Positions 51,328 to 63,531 of a stretch of 64,000 nt of DNA are shown here, one piece after another. Source of the DNA: Octopus vulgaris (taxonomy: Eukaryota); contig OX597821.1 in the NCBI GenBank assembly GCA_951406725.2, positions 89,156,001 through 89,220,000 on the forward strand, given 5' to 3'. Each line of letters opens with the position of its first letter. Within the stretch, counting starts at the first letter, position 1. The notes under the pieces were generated by a model, which saw nothing but the letters and a program-made list of their open reading frames with translations, was not told the origin of the DNA and ran no database searches. Position numbers and translations under genes: made by a program.

Positions 51328-51714
51328 GTGGAGGCGCAATGGCCCAGTGGTTAGGGTAGCGGACTCGCGGTCGCAGGATCGCGGTTTCGATTCCCAGACC
51401 GGGCGTTGTGAGTGTTTATTGAGCGAAAACACCTAAAGCTCCACGAGGCTTAGGCAGGGGATGGTGGTGATCCCTGCTGTACTCTTTCACCACAACTTTC
51501 TCTCACTCTTACTTCCTGTTTCTGTTGTACCTGTATTTCAAAGGGCCGGCCTTGAAACTCTCTGTGTCACGCTGAATATCCCCGAGAACTACGTTAAGGG
51601 TACACGTGTCTGTGGAGTGCTCAGCCACTTACACGTTAATTTCACGAGCAGGCTGTTCTGTTGATCGGATCAACCGGAACCCTCGTCGTCGTAACCAACG
51701 GAGTGCTTCCATCC
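51328..51714 (+). mobile_element. SINE family C
   Basis: TSD atacaagtattt (51316-27 and 51715-26). Confidence 0.93.
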
Positions 51715-52021
51715 ATACAAGTATTTATCACTATAATCCACTGATGTACAAATGCTTCATTATTGCAGCCTTATGTGTTATTCTTTCTACTGAAAGTCAT
51801 ATGCCAATGAAAGAGTGACAATACCTAAGCAGTGGGAAGAGTAAAGTAAGTAACAGCTTACGTGTGTTACTTATGCTTCAAAACATGTAGACGTGCAGTG
51901 AGACTGAATAGTCATCTGAGAAGTCATGGATGGAAAGCCAGAAATGTTCTCCCAACGAGGAAGCACAAGGAGACGACAATCATTTGTAAAGATGAAGCAA
52001 TCACAATGTAGATATGCATAC

Positions 52022-52359
52022 ATAGATCCGAAAATTAAGACACACACAGACACAGAGGACAGAAATGGCGCCAATAACACATGAAACACCTCAAAAACAG
52101 AGCTCATATACTTAAATAGAAGTTCCCATAATCATTTGGTCATGCTTCTAATATGTATATATGTATAAATTGTATTGCTCCAAATATGTTATTAGCAAAC
52201 TGAGCGAGTGACATAGATTATTGTTCTAGTTTAAACAGTTTTACATAATTTATCTTGCTGATGCCTAAATAAGTGACCTGGCTAATACAAAATACATATT
52301 CCTATCATCTGGGGACAAAAAATCATTGAACATGCTTCAACGGATACAGCTCAATACGG
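52022..52359 (+). repeat. Dispersed direct duplication of about 335 bp, copy 1
   Basis: atagatccgaaaattaagacac ... cggatacagctcaatacgg is almost identical to 57280-57611. Confidence 0.93.
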
Positions 52360-53335
52360 CAGAAATTTATTTAGTTATTATAAAGTTTCACTGTTGTTAA
52401 ATAAGAATGTAAACGTATTATTTCTCTACGCTTAATATTTGAAAACGAAAATAACAGAATAGAATTCCCCCGACGGAAAGTTTCACGAATAGATGACCAC
52501 TCTTCTCTGAATTCGTACCCAAAATGCTTCTTCTGCCAATAACATAGGTCAGATGGTATATAAAGTTGTCATCAATTAGACAAGCAATATGGAGGATAGT
52601 CAAATTTGCGTATTTGCATATTTTAACAGCTCGAATATCTATTTGTGTCCAATACAGTATTACAAATCCCAGCATTACAAGACATTGCCGGCTATCTTGT
52701 CGGAAGAAAACGACCTCCTGCAGATGATTGCTGGCAACGATCATAGCAAGAGGCATAATTTCAATAAATTGTGAAGTAATATTGCATCTCTGCGGTACGG
52801 ACAGTCACATCTCTGTGACTGTAAACGAATAACATATTTCTGTCTATTAGACCCCGTCAAAATACTACGCTTTAACCAAACCTGCAGATTATTTGATAAC
52901 TTTTTATGGTGAAAAATTTCTTCGAAAGTTTTTATGCGTATATGTGTGTGTATTTTCATTTATATTACATATGTAGATACATACACAAACATACATGTAC
53001 CTCTCTCCCTTTCTCTCTCTCACTTAAATACACACGCACACATAGGTATATGTGCATGTGTATAAACATATTTAACATCACTAGTTCTTTCTGCTTCTAC
53101 GTTTTTTGGCATTGTGTGTAAAGGTTTTCAATATTGCTGTTTTGCACATGTTTCATTCCTACGTCGCGTTCTTTTTTTTTTTATGCACAATACTTTCAAC
53201 TGACCTTTTAGTCTGCGCCGTATGCCATATATGAAATACCAATATATAGACGCTTAAATACATATCTCTCTCTTTTTTCCCTTCACCCTCTTAATATACA
53301 CATAAATATAAAGAAAATATGTCGGCGTATACATG

Positions 53336-53369
<34 letters not shown>

Positions 53370-53438
53370 TGTATGTATGTATGTATGTATGTATGTATAT
53401 GTATGTATGTATCTCTCTCTCTCTCTCCTTCTCTCCCG

Positions 53439-53482
<44 letters not shown>

Positions 53483-53593
53483 ATTTATATATACATACAT
53501 ATTCTTCGACATCAGATATTTATTTACACACTAATGTATTTGTACTTCTGTCTATATGGTACATATACATGTATACATAAATGTGTGTATAAG

Positions 53594-53639
<46 letters not shown>

Positions 53640-54539
53640 AGCACACAAATACACACACATATATATATACGTATATGTACATTGCTGCATATGCGTCTGT
53701 GTAAGTTATAAGCTATATACTTACAAATACATCTGTGTGTATGAATGTCTGGTGCAGAAGAATAAGCAACACGCTGGCTTAGACATGAAGCAAGAAATTT
53801 AAAGATTCCACAGATGTTATATTTCCAACACACAAGGATATTGAAAAAAATAATAACAAAATAAGAAAGTAAAATGCGAACTTTTACAATAAATTCTAAA
53901 ATTCGTCTACAAAAATTGCATTTCAAGTTTTCGATATTTTTATCATTTTTGTCTAACATACTTCTATTTTCAAACATTTGACCAAAAAATAAAGTGTTTT
54001 TATTATTAAAACATTTAAAATTTTATTTAAACAATTTTCATTTCAAACATATTTAAACAAAAAAAAAATTCTAAAATATATTAATACGTCTAAATAATTA
54101 TATATAGTAAATGAACAAAACCAGAACAGAATTAAGATCGAAATTCATAAAAGAAAAAGTTATATAAAACGGGAAAATATACATAAAATTCATGTTGTAA
54201 AATTTAGATAGATTGCGCGAGAAATTTGGTTCTTTTAAATGTGAGCTAATGATTGATGTTTGTTAGACTAAATTTGTGTAAATCTGCTGGTCTTTCACAT
54301 TCGAGTGTGAATCTATTTTCACTTGACAAACATTTCTAAGTAAACAACAAAGGCAGCAAAAAAAAACTATAACAAATAAAAACATCAACTAAAATATATA
54401 AACAAATGTTAACATCATTCTGAGAAAATATATGTATATACGAAAAAATTACGAAGGCATAAAAAAATTAACATAAGTAGAATATGTCAAAGCTATAACT
54501 AACATTTTAGAGTCACTTCTATGATGATGATGATGATGA

Positions 54540-54665
54540 TGGTTTCAAATTTCTCCCAGGGCAGTCATTTTGGAGGAGTAGATTAGTCGATTACATCGAC
54601 CCCCAATGTTCAAGTGGTATTTAGTTTATCGACCCCGGAAAGATGATAAAGTCGACCTCGTCGGA

Positions 54666-54737
<72 letters not shown>

Positions 54738-54950
54738 CCTTTCTATTAAAGGCACAAGGCCTGAAATTTTGGGAGAGGAGACTACCCGATTACATCGACC
54801 CCAGTGCTTCACTGATACTTAATTTATCGACCCCCGAAAGGATGAAAAGCAAAGTCGACCTCGACGGAATTTGAATTCAGAACGTAAAGACGGACGAAAT
54901 GCCGCTCGGTACTTAGCCCGGCGTACTAACGATTCTACCAATTCGCCGCC
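54540..54950 (-). mobile_element. Two stacked SINE family B copies; the second has a long (TTA)n tail (54666-54736)
   Basis: Two gaaag.atga..aaagtcgacctcg cores separated by about 70 bp of (AAT)n. Confidence 0.85.
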
Positions 54951-54993
54951 TTAATGATGATGATGATGATGACGATGATCAGAAGAAGAAGAA

Positions 54994-55500
54994 AGATGGT
55001 ATAGGCGCACACCAGAAAAGGTCACAGAAAACGAGAAAGCAACCATCATCTGGGATATGCCAATACACACAGATAGAGAAATTAAGGCCAATAGGTCAGA
55101 GATCATGAAGAAAAAATTGCTTTCTAATTGATGTATCAATGCCAGCAGATGTCAACGTTTCTCTAAAAGAAATGGACAAATTTTCAAAATACAAAGACCT
55201 GGAAATAGAGGTAACTCCATTGTGGAATCTAAAACAGAAACAATTCCTATCATAATAGGTGCATTAGGTATGATAAAAAAATATTCAGACAAATACATAA
55301 CAAAAACACCAGGACTAACAAATATATATAACATACAGAAAATTGCACTACTGGGCACTGCACACATCCTATGCAAAACACTTTCAATACAGTAACAATA
55401 AGAGCATCGCAACAAACTACAGCACATACCCAAGGCACATAGAGCTGCGCTCGGTAGTGAAGTGAAAGCACGCTATAAAAATAAAACTACTGAATAATAA
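54994..55500 (+). mobile_element. 5'-truncated R4/Dong-type non-LTR retrotransposon 3' end (restriction-like endonuclease domain plus 3' UTR)
   Basis: Translation across frameshifts: WYRRTPEKVTENEKATIIWDMPIHTDREIKANRS..CFLIDVSMPAD..KEMDKFSKYKDLEIEV..W..TETIPIIIGALGMIKK..IQKIALLGTAHIL*, stop at 55395. The 3' UTR ends in AATAATAA. Confidence 0.85.
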
Positions 55501-55506
55501 TAGTAA

Positions 55507-55921
55507 GGCGCAGTATTGGCTGTGTGGTAAGTAGCTTGCTAACCAACCACATGGTTCCGGGTTCAGTCCCACTGCGTGGCATCTTGAGCAAGTTTCTTCT
55601 GCTATAGCCCCGGGCCGACCAATGCCTTGTGAGTGGATTTGGTAGACGGAAACTGAAAGAAGCCTGTCGTATATATGTATATATATATAAGTGTGTGTGT
55701 ATATGTTTGTGTGTCTGTGTTTGTCCCCCTAGCATTGCTTGACAACCGATGCTGGTGTGTTTACGTCCCTGTCACTTAGCGGTTCGGCAAAAGAGACCGA
55801 TAGAATAAGTACTGGACTTACAAAGAATAAGTCCTGGGGTCGATTTGCTCGACTCAAGGCGGTGCTCCAGCATGGCCACAGTCAAAGGACTGAAACAAGT
55901 AAAAGGGTAAAAGAGTAAAAG
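55507..55921 (+). mobile_element. SINE family A, full length, inserted in the AAT tail of the R4/Dong fragment
   Basis: Matches the other copies; gaataataa occurs on both sides. Confidence 0.92.
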
Positions 55922-56420
55922 AATAATAACAATAATAATTTTGGTACACGACCAACAAGTACTGGGGTGGGGATAAGTCGGTTACGTTGATGCCAGTGAC
56001 CAAATGGTGCTATTTTTATCGACCTGGAAATGATGAAAAGCAAATTCGACTGCGCTGGCATTTACATTCAAAGCCTTAAGCCGGAAGAAATGCTGCTCAG
56101 CCTTTAGTCCAGGGCTGTAGCTTGCTGACTTAACAACAACAATAAAAATGATAACAACACGAACCCATTGCATGTGGATTGATATACGTACATTTAGCGA
56201 TACATGGAGTCACACCGACAAATGCATACGCACGCTGCTTGTGTGCGCGTCACACCGACAAACACACACATATGCACACAAGGATAATATAACTCGAGGA
56301 TGGAGTATAACAGACTTTAGTACTATGTCGCAACATTTGTTTCTGCACCGCACTCCAGCTTTAAGTTGTTCTGCTCAAAAGCGACTACGATTACTAAAGA
56401 ATACTCTGTACAATTATTAT

Positions 56421-56648
56421 GGCGAGCTGGCAGATACGTCAGCACGCCGGGCGAAATGCGTAGCCGTATTTTGTCTGCCGTTACGTTCTGAGTTCAAATT
56501 CCGCAGAGGTCGACTTTGCCTTTCATCCTTTCGGGGTCGATTAAATAAGTACCAGTTACGCACTGGGGTCGATGTAATCGACGTAATCCCTTTGTCTGTC
56601 CTTGTTTGTCCTCTCTGTGTGTAGCCCCTTGTGGGCAGTAAAGAAATA
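56421..56648 (+). mobile_element. SINE family B, full length
   Basis: ggcgagctggcagatacgtcagcacgccgggcgaaatg through ccccttgtgggcagtaaagaaat. Confidence 0.92.
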
Positions 56649-56675
56649 TATATATAGTCGAATATTATTCAGCGA

Positions 56676-57009
56676 GTGAAGGCTCATGGCTCAGTCGTTA
56701 GGGCGTCGAGCTTACGGTCGTGAGGTTGTGAGTTCGAATCCCGGACCGGGCCTCGTGTTGTGTTCTTGAGCAAGACACTTTATTTCACGTTGCTTCAGTT
56801 CACTCAGCTGTAGAAATGAGTTGCGGCGTCACAGGTGCCAAGCTGTATCGACCTTTGCCTTTCTCTTTGATAACACTGGTGGCATGGAGAGGGGAGGCCG
56901 GTATGCATGGGCGACTGCTGGTCTTCCATAAACAACCTTGCCCGGACTTTTGCCTGGAAACTTTCTAGGTGCAATTCTATGGTCAGTCATGACTGAAGGG
57001 GGTCTCAGC
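56676..57009 (+). mobile_element. tRNA-derived CORE-like SINE (family E)
   Basis: A box tggctcagtcg, B box gagttcgaatccc, CORE-like gtgttcttgagcaagacacttt; 12-bp TSD attattcagcga (56664-75 and 57010-21). Confidence 0.88.
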
Positions 57010-57279
57010 ATTATTCAGCGAAAGCCCTCTGTGGGCGCTTCATCAGGTGGAATATATATAAATGTGTGTGTGTGAGTGTGTGAAAGAGAGAGAGAGAGAG
57101 AGTTGTTTTCTGATCAACTAAATTTACTGCTCCTGAATTGAGGTGCAGTTGGTTGGCCATTCTACAGACACGTACTCCAAAAGTATTTTGGATATACTAG
57201 AAGACGAAACTATAAGGCCTGAAGCTGAAGTGACTTGCAATATATAAAACCGATTGAGAGTTATGTTTACAGGAACATG

Positions 57280-57611
57280 ATAGATCCGAAAATTAAGACA
57301 CACACAGAGGACAGAAATGGCGCCAATAACACATGAAACACCTCGAAAACAGAGCTCATATTACTTAAATAAAAGTTCCCATAATCATTTGGTCATGCCT
57401 CTAATATGTATATATGCATAAATTGTATTGATGCAAATATGTTATTAGCAAACTGAGCGAGTGACATAGATTATTGTTCTAGTTTAAACAGTTTTACATA
57501 ATTTATCTTGCTGATGTCTAAATAAGTGACCTGGCTAATACAAAATACATATTCCTATCATCTGGGGACAAAAATCATTGAACATGCTTCAACGGATACA
57601 GCTCAATACGG
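57280..57611 (+). repeat. Dispersed direct duplication of about 335 bp, copy 2
   Basis: Differs from 52022-52359 by a handful of substitutions and one short indel. Confidence 0.93.
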
Positions 57612-57761
57612 AAATAACTTCCATTCCATACATGATTCATACATTTTTGCTGATATAATATCCATATACATACACACACACACACATATGTATATATTCA
57701 TACATATATATACATATATATATATGTATATGTGTGTATATATATGTATATATATATGTAC

Positions 57762-57828
<67 letters not shown>

Positions 57829-58274
57829 TGTGCGTGTTTGTGTGTGTAGGGAAACAGAAAGTGATAGATCGATAGATAAATATAATTAGGTTAAAACATT
57901 TATCTTACAATCTAGGGCAAAATCACATAATGCAAATATAGTTATTGGAAATATACTACTACTACTACTACTACTACCACTACTACTACTACTATTACTA
58001 CTACTACTAAGCTCATCGTGTTCTACTTTGTCTTTCCTCCATCCAGTGTCAATGAAAGATGCGAGCGGCCATATACTGAGGTCAATGGTATTACTAACAG
58101 CTGCTCTCAAAATCTCGGGCCTTGTTCTTAAATCAAAAATTGTTATTCTTATTCCTATTGCTGTTATTAATGTTATTACCGTTATTAATATTATATAATA
58201 CTCACACAAACAAACACACATACACACACATATGTTGCTACACATACATACATATATCGATCCCAGAGAGATGA

Positions 58275-58322
<48 letters not shown>

Positions 58323-58334
58323 AAGCAGCAGCAA

Positions 58335-58394
<60 letters not shown>

Positions 58395-58405
58395 CAGCAG
58401 CAGCA
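58275..58405. repeat. (GTA)n/(GCA)n microsatellite
   Basis: Directly visible. Confidence 0.95.
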
Positions 58406-58839
58406 GTTCATTGCGAGGAAGTTTACCGACAAAATATATCGATAGTGTGTCAACATTTATAGTTAAAAACTATTTTATTGAAGACAAAAGCTATGAATTG
58501 ATTTCCCTGCGGAGAATTGTTAACTGTGAACTTACCGGACATGCCTTAAAAGTAGTATCAGTTTCTATCTACCTAGAAAGGAAAGAGGTAGAAGATTGCC
58601 AAATGCAGACGACACCATCAGTACTGCCATACTTCGTTTGAACAATTTATATTGCACAATGAATGGCTAAAAATTTCCAAACAGTCACGGTAACAAAAAA
58701 AACCATAGAACAAATACCTCAGAAAAAACGGAATTACGTGGCTATTTCATGCAACAATCCATGAATGTTGGAAGTAAATAACGCTAGTTATGAGAGCGGA
58801 TGTATAATTTTTATGGAAAGGAAACGAAATTATTAACTA

Positions 58840-59210
58840 TCGTTTCAATAAATGCAGTAAGCTAGCTGAAGAAGAGTATAAGTGCAGGTTTGTCTGCGTC
58901 TGTAACAGAGTGCATTGGAATGTTAGCAGAGTGTGAGGATTCAGATTAGTAGAAAAGTGGTGTGAGCACGAGCCAGAGTCGGTGATGTAGAATAGTATTT
59001 ATAGGACTTTATCTGATTTCTCTAAAAACACTGAAAAAGCTATTAAAGCAAAAAGACCAGATGCGATTGTAGAAAGCAAAGCAAAATAGTAAGGTCATAG
59101 ACGCCGCAATACCATGTGAAATTAGAGAGATAAAGAGAATGTGGAAGACTAAGGTGCCAGTTATTTCCGTGGTGATTGGTGCACCTCCGCAACACTCAAG
59201 CAGTTGAGTG
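58840..59210 (+). mobile_element. Older, degraded R4/Dong-type LINE fragment
   Basis: Broken translation CSKLAEEEYKCR..VHWNVSRV*GF..EKWCEHEPESVM..IKAKRPDAIV..IDAAIP..EIKRMWK..VISVVIGA has the same motif order as the 54994 copy. Confidence 0.7.
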
Positions 59211-59631
59211 AATATTTCACGGATTTAATGGTAAATTTATTGGATTATTTCTGAAGACTTTATCCAAAAAGCCTGAAAGTGCAGCCTGTATTATAAATGC
59301 ACCATCTGCTTATCATTGAAAAAGGAAGGAAACTGGAATATGATGATTACTTAATGTACTTTAAATATACAATTTATATACGTTATGCATGATTTTATAG
59401 ACTTAATACCACAGCACTCTCCCTTTTTCTCTCTCACTTTTCATCTTACTCTCTTTTTCTCTCTCTCTCCTTTTTCTTTCGCCCTTCGCCTTTTCCTTCA
59501 ACTAATCGCGTGAAAGCGTTATAGACTGGCTAAGTAACGGAGGAAAAAACCTTAGCTAAAAAACTTACACATTTTACTCACCACCACCACCACCTCCTCT
59601 AACTTCCCTCCCCATCACTCTCCTTGATATA

Positions 59632-59851
59632 TTTTTCTTAATTGCCCACAGGGGTGGGGGCTGAACACAGAGGAGACAAACAAAGGGATTAAGTCGATTA
59701 CATCGATCCCAGTGTGTAACTGGTACTTATTTCATCGACCCCGAAAGGATGAAAGGCAAAGTCGACCACGGCAGAATTTGAACACAGAACGTAATGGCAG
59801 ACGAAATACCGCTGAGCATTTCGCCCAGTGTGCTAACGATTCTGCCAGCTC
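59632..59851 (-). mobile_element. SINE family B, full length
   Basis: Reverse complement of family B from head to tail. Confidence 0.88.
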
Positions 59852-60426
59852 GACGCTTTCATATAAATTATCTCTCCTTCATATAAATTATCAAATAATA
59901 AAACACTAAACTTTTTGAGAAATATAGATTCAAAAGACAAAAACATGGGTAAAGTGTGAGACGTAGTACTTTTGGCATTTTATATTAGCTTTCTCTGCCG
60001 GGATTTGTTGAAGAAAACTATAGATTGTTTTTTTTTGTTCTTTGTTTTTTGTAATAAACCCTAATGCTCATTCAAAATAATTATGAGTTCCACTACAAGC
60101 GTTGAACATTCTTGCACTTGATCGTGAGCAAAATTATTTACGTAATTAATTAAATGCATATATATCTGTGTATAATTATATAGGGAGAGTTTACGAAAAA
60201 AACAAAAGACGAAGACAGGTGGTGTACAAAACAAACAGATGTATTAGTATAACGCTCGGGAATAGAAAAAGTCTTTCATGTTTCGAGCCTACGCTCTTCT
60301 ACAGAAAGGGACACAGAAAAAACAAGGGGAGAAAAAAAATGTGTGTAATGGCCAACGATCTATCATGGCGACTATAATTATATACGTCTGTCAGTCTATC
60401 AGTATTCATGTATGTATGTATGTATG

Positions 60427-60462
<36 letters not shown>

Positions 60463-60868
60463 TGTATGTATGTATGTATGTATGTGTGTGTATGTGTGTA
60501 TGTACGTATGTGTGCATATACCTATGTATATATGAATGTATATTTGTATGTCTGTACTAATTTATCAACCAAGAAATACGAGACCCCATCAAATGTAGTT
60601 TTTTTTAAGTACTGAGTTGTATGCTTTCAAGCATGTTCAATTATTTTGTCCCAGATGACAGGAATAAGCGTTGTGTTAGCCATTCCATTTCATTAGAAAT
60701 TAGCATTATGAATTATATAAAAGTGTATAAAGTAGAACAAGAAACTATATCACTTATTCATCTTACTCATACTAATAGCATATTTTCAGCTATACAAATT
60801 TCTATATACATACGAAGAGCATTAGCAGGTGATTACGGGGAACTTATAGCATGACATTTCCTAATCTC

Positions 60869-60946
<78 letters not shown>
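60869..60946. repeat. (CTTT)n microsatellite
   Basis: Directly visible. Confidence 0.97.
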
Positions 60947-61643
60947 ATATTCTGTTACAAACTTTGAATCAGTCATGTACACACACCTTGTGTACACAGA
61001 TCTCATTCAGCTCGATATATTAGAAATCTCTTCTGCTTCAATATCTTCTTTGTTTTCTAGCAATTTTAAAATACTTTTACAAAATTGGTCTTGCGTGCAT
61101 GTCACAACTTGTCCAATCAGGACCATCCTAATAATTGTCAAAATTTTTTTACGTGTTAGTTTCCATTGATTTTGAAATATTTTGGTGAAGCTATAACATC
61201 ACAGTTTTTCAAATTTTTATATTTCTTCTTCTATTAAACCATGTTTTAACATTATTTAATCATGCTGCTTTTATTTTTTGTAATAAAAATCATGTTATCA
61301 TGTTGATGTTCCAATAACTTCTGCATTTTTTATCAGATTTCAACTTGCTTTGGCATTTGCCTAACACAACATTTCAACTTTCATCTTTTTTCTCTCTTGA
61401 TTCGATATTATATTGCGCATATTTTGTCACCAGGAGAATTAAGAAGTGTTGTGTGTGTGTATATGCATATATACATATTCATATATATATATATATTTAT
61501 ATACATACATATATATATGTATATATACATGTGTATGCATATATATATATTATGGATATATATGTCTGTATATACTTATGTATGCATGCTTCTATGTATC
61601 AATGTGTATATATATATATATATATATGTATTATATATATACA

Positions 61644-61710
<67 letters not shown>

Positions 61711-61732
61711 AGACATAGGTGTCACATATATA

Positions 61733-61836
61733 GGCGCAAGCGTAACCATGCGTTTAGGAGACCCAGTTTGCAATCAAGTCTTTCTAAGTTCAATCCCAGT
61801 ACGTAGCGCATTGACAGTGTGTCTTCTACTGCAGGC
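61733..61836 (+). mobile_element. SINE family A, diverged head fragment
   Basis: ggcgcaagcg..agttcaatcccagtacgtagc..gtgtcttctactgcagg resembles the family A 5' part. Confidence 0.55.
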
Positions 61837-62457
61837 TTTAAATTAAATAACTTTTGCATGAAATTCATTAGAATCCTGGACAAAACTCTATATTTGACAA
61901 ATTCAAAGCACCGTTCGACAGTTAGGAACGTATACACAACCTTCTGAGAATCAGAAAATGTAGCATGTGGGTCTACGCAATCAATACCTTATTCTTGAGG
62001 AGTTCATATGCAGCCTCGTTAAAGAGCGTGGCATTAGTTATGCTCTTGAAAACATTTCCAGCTGCGAGGAAATAAAGTTTACTGTGAGCCTAATAAATTA
62101 ATATATTCTGCAATGTATAATCTAATGACTGAAAGTTTGCCATATACAGGCATAAATATACTGTAAGTTCTAGGGGTCTGGTTGTAGAAAACTGCCTTGA
62201 GAATTAAATAGGGGTCATTTTTACTTTCATTCTCCAAAACACTTTATAAATCCGTCTGGGAGGGGAATTTTAGATTCCCTTGTTGATTGTTGAAAAAATA
62301 GCCACCTATATCATTTTGAATCGACTGACTGAACATATACTGACGGAACTTGTGTGGCATCCAAACAAAGAGGAGAGCTGTAGATACAATATTTTTCACG
62401 CTTGTAAATTTCAAGAGCAACGTGGAGTGAAAAACATTCTACTGTATCTTTGGTCAG

Positions 62458-62660
62458 TTACTTCCTTTAGTCATTTGACTGCGGCCATGCTGTAGCTCCA
62501 CCTTGTTATTTTAGCCGAATATATCAACCCCTGTACTTGGGTTTTTTTTAAAGACTGGTACTTACTCTATCGTTCGGTTTCCCCGAACTGCTAAGTTACA
62601 GGGTCGTAAACATACCAACACAGGTTGTCAAGTGGTGGTGGGGGAAAACACACACACATA
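62458..62660 (-). mobile_element. SINE family A, diverged 3' half
   Basis: gtcatttgactgcggccatgctg..ctaagttacagggtcgtaaaca..ggttgtcaag is the reverse complement of the family A tail. Confidence 0.75.
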
Positions 62661-62693
62661 CATGCATTTATATTTGTATTTATGTATGTATAT

Positions 62694-62769
<76 letters not shown>

Positions 62770-63478
62770 TAGAGATGTGCGCGTACTCACTTTTCACGCG
62801 AAAGCGGTTTCACCAATTGCTTTCATACTTGCGATGCATGAATAATTTGACCTCGGACGAACAAAAGGCTGTTCATTTGATTTTGTTTTATTTAAAATTA
62901 TTAATAATAAAATATTGTTTTTTATATTATATTCACGTCTTTGAAAGTTTTTAAAATATTTACTTCCGGCTTTCTAGCCTCAGTGGCGTAACATATCTCT
63001 TTATGTATATCTCTCTATCCATCTTTCTCTATCTATCTCTATATCTCTGTAACATATCTCTCTATCTATATCTCGTTTTCACTTCCATTTTTCAGACGCT
63101 ATTCTTTTCACCTTCAATTTTCCTGCGCCATTGTTTAATTTCCAAGTTATTGTTTTCACTCTAAGTCTAAGTTTTCAGTCGCTATTTACAAACAAACAGC
63201 GACAAATTACTGACAAAAAGAAGTTCACAGTTTCTGATGTAAGTAATTTCATAACTTACTGACAGAAGTATCTTCATGCATTTCATTTTAATCCATACGG
63301 TTTTGTGTTTTTCTCTTGTTGGCGGTTTCTTTCTTGTTCCATCTTTGGTTCAATAAGCGACAAATTTCGCTTCATTAAAATTTCTTATTTACTTTCTGCC
63401 GGTCGTATTAAGAAACATAATTTCCGTTACCAAGTTATTTTCATTATTTGCCATCTTCTGCACTCGTGTAGTTCTGTA

Positions 63479-63531
<53 letters not shown>

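Noticed and set aside
52440-52900. Possible Tc1/mariner transposase relic on the minus strand
   Set aside because: Only vague resemblance; no catalytic motif or TIR identifiable.
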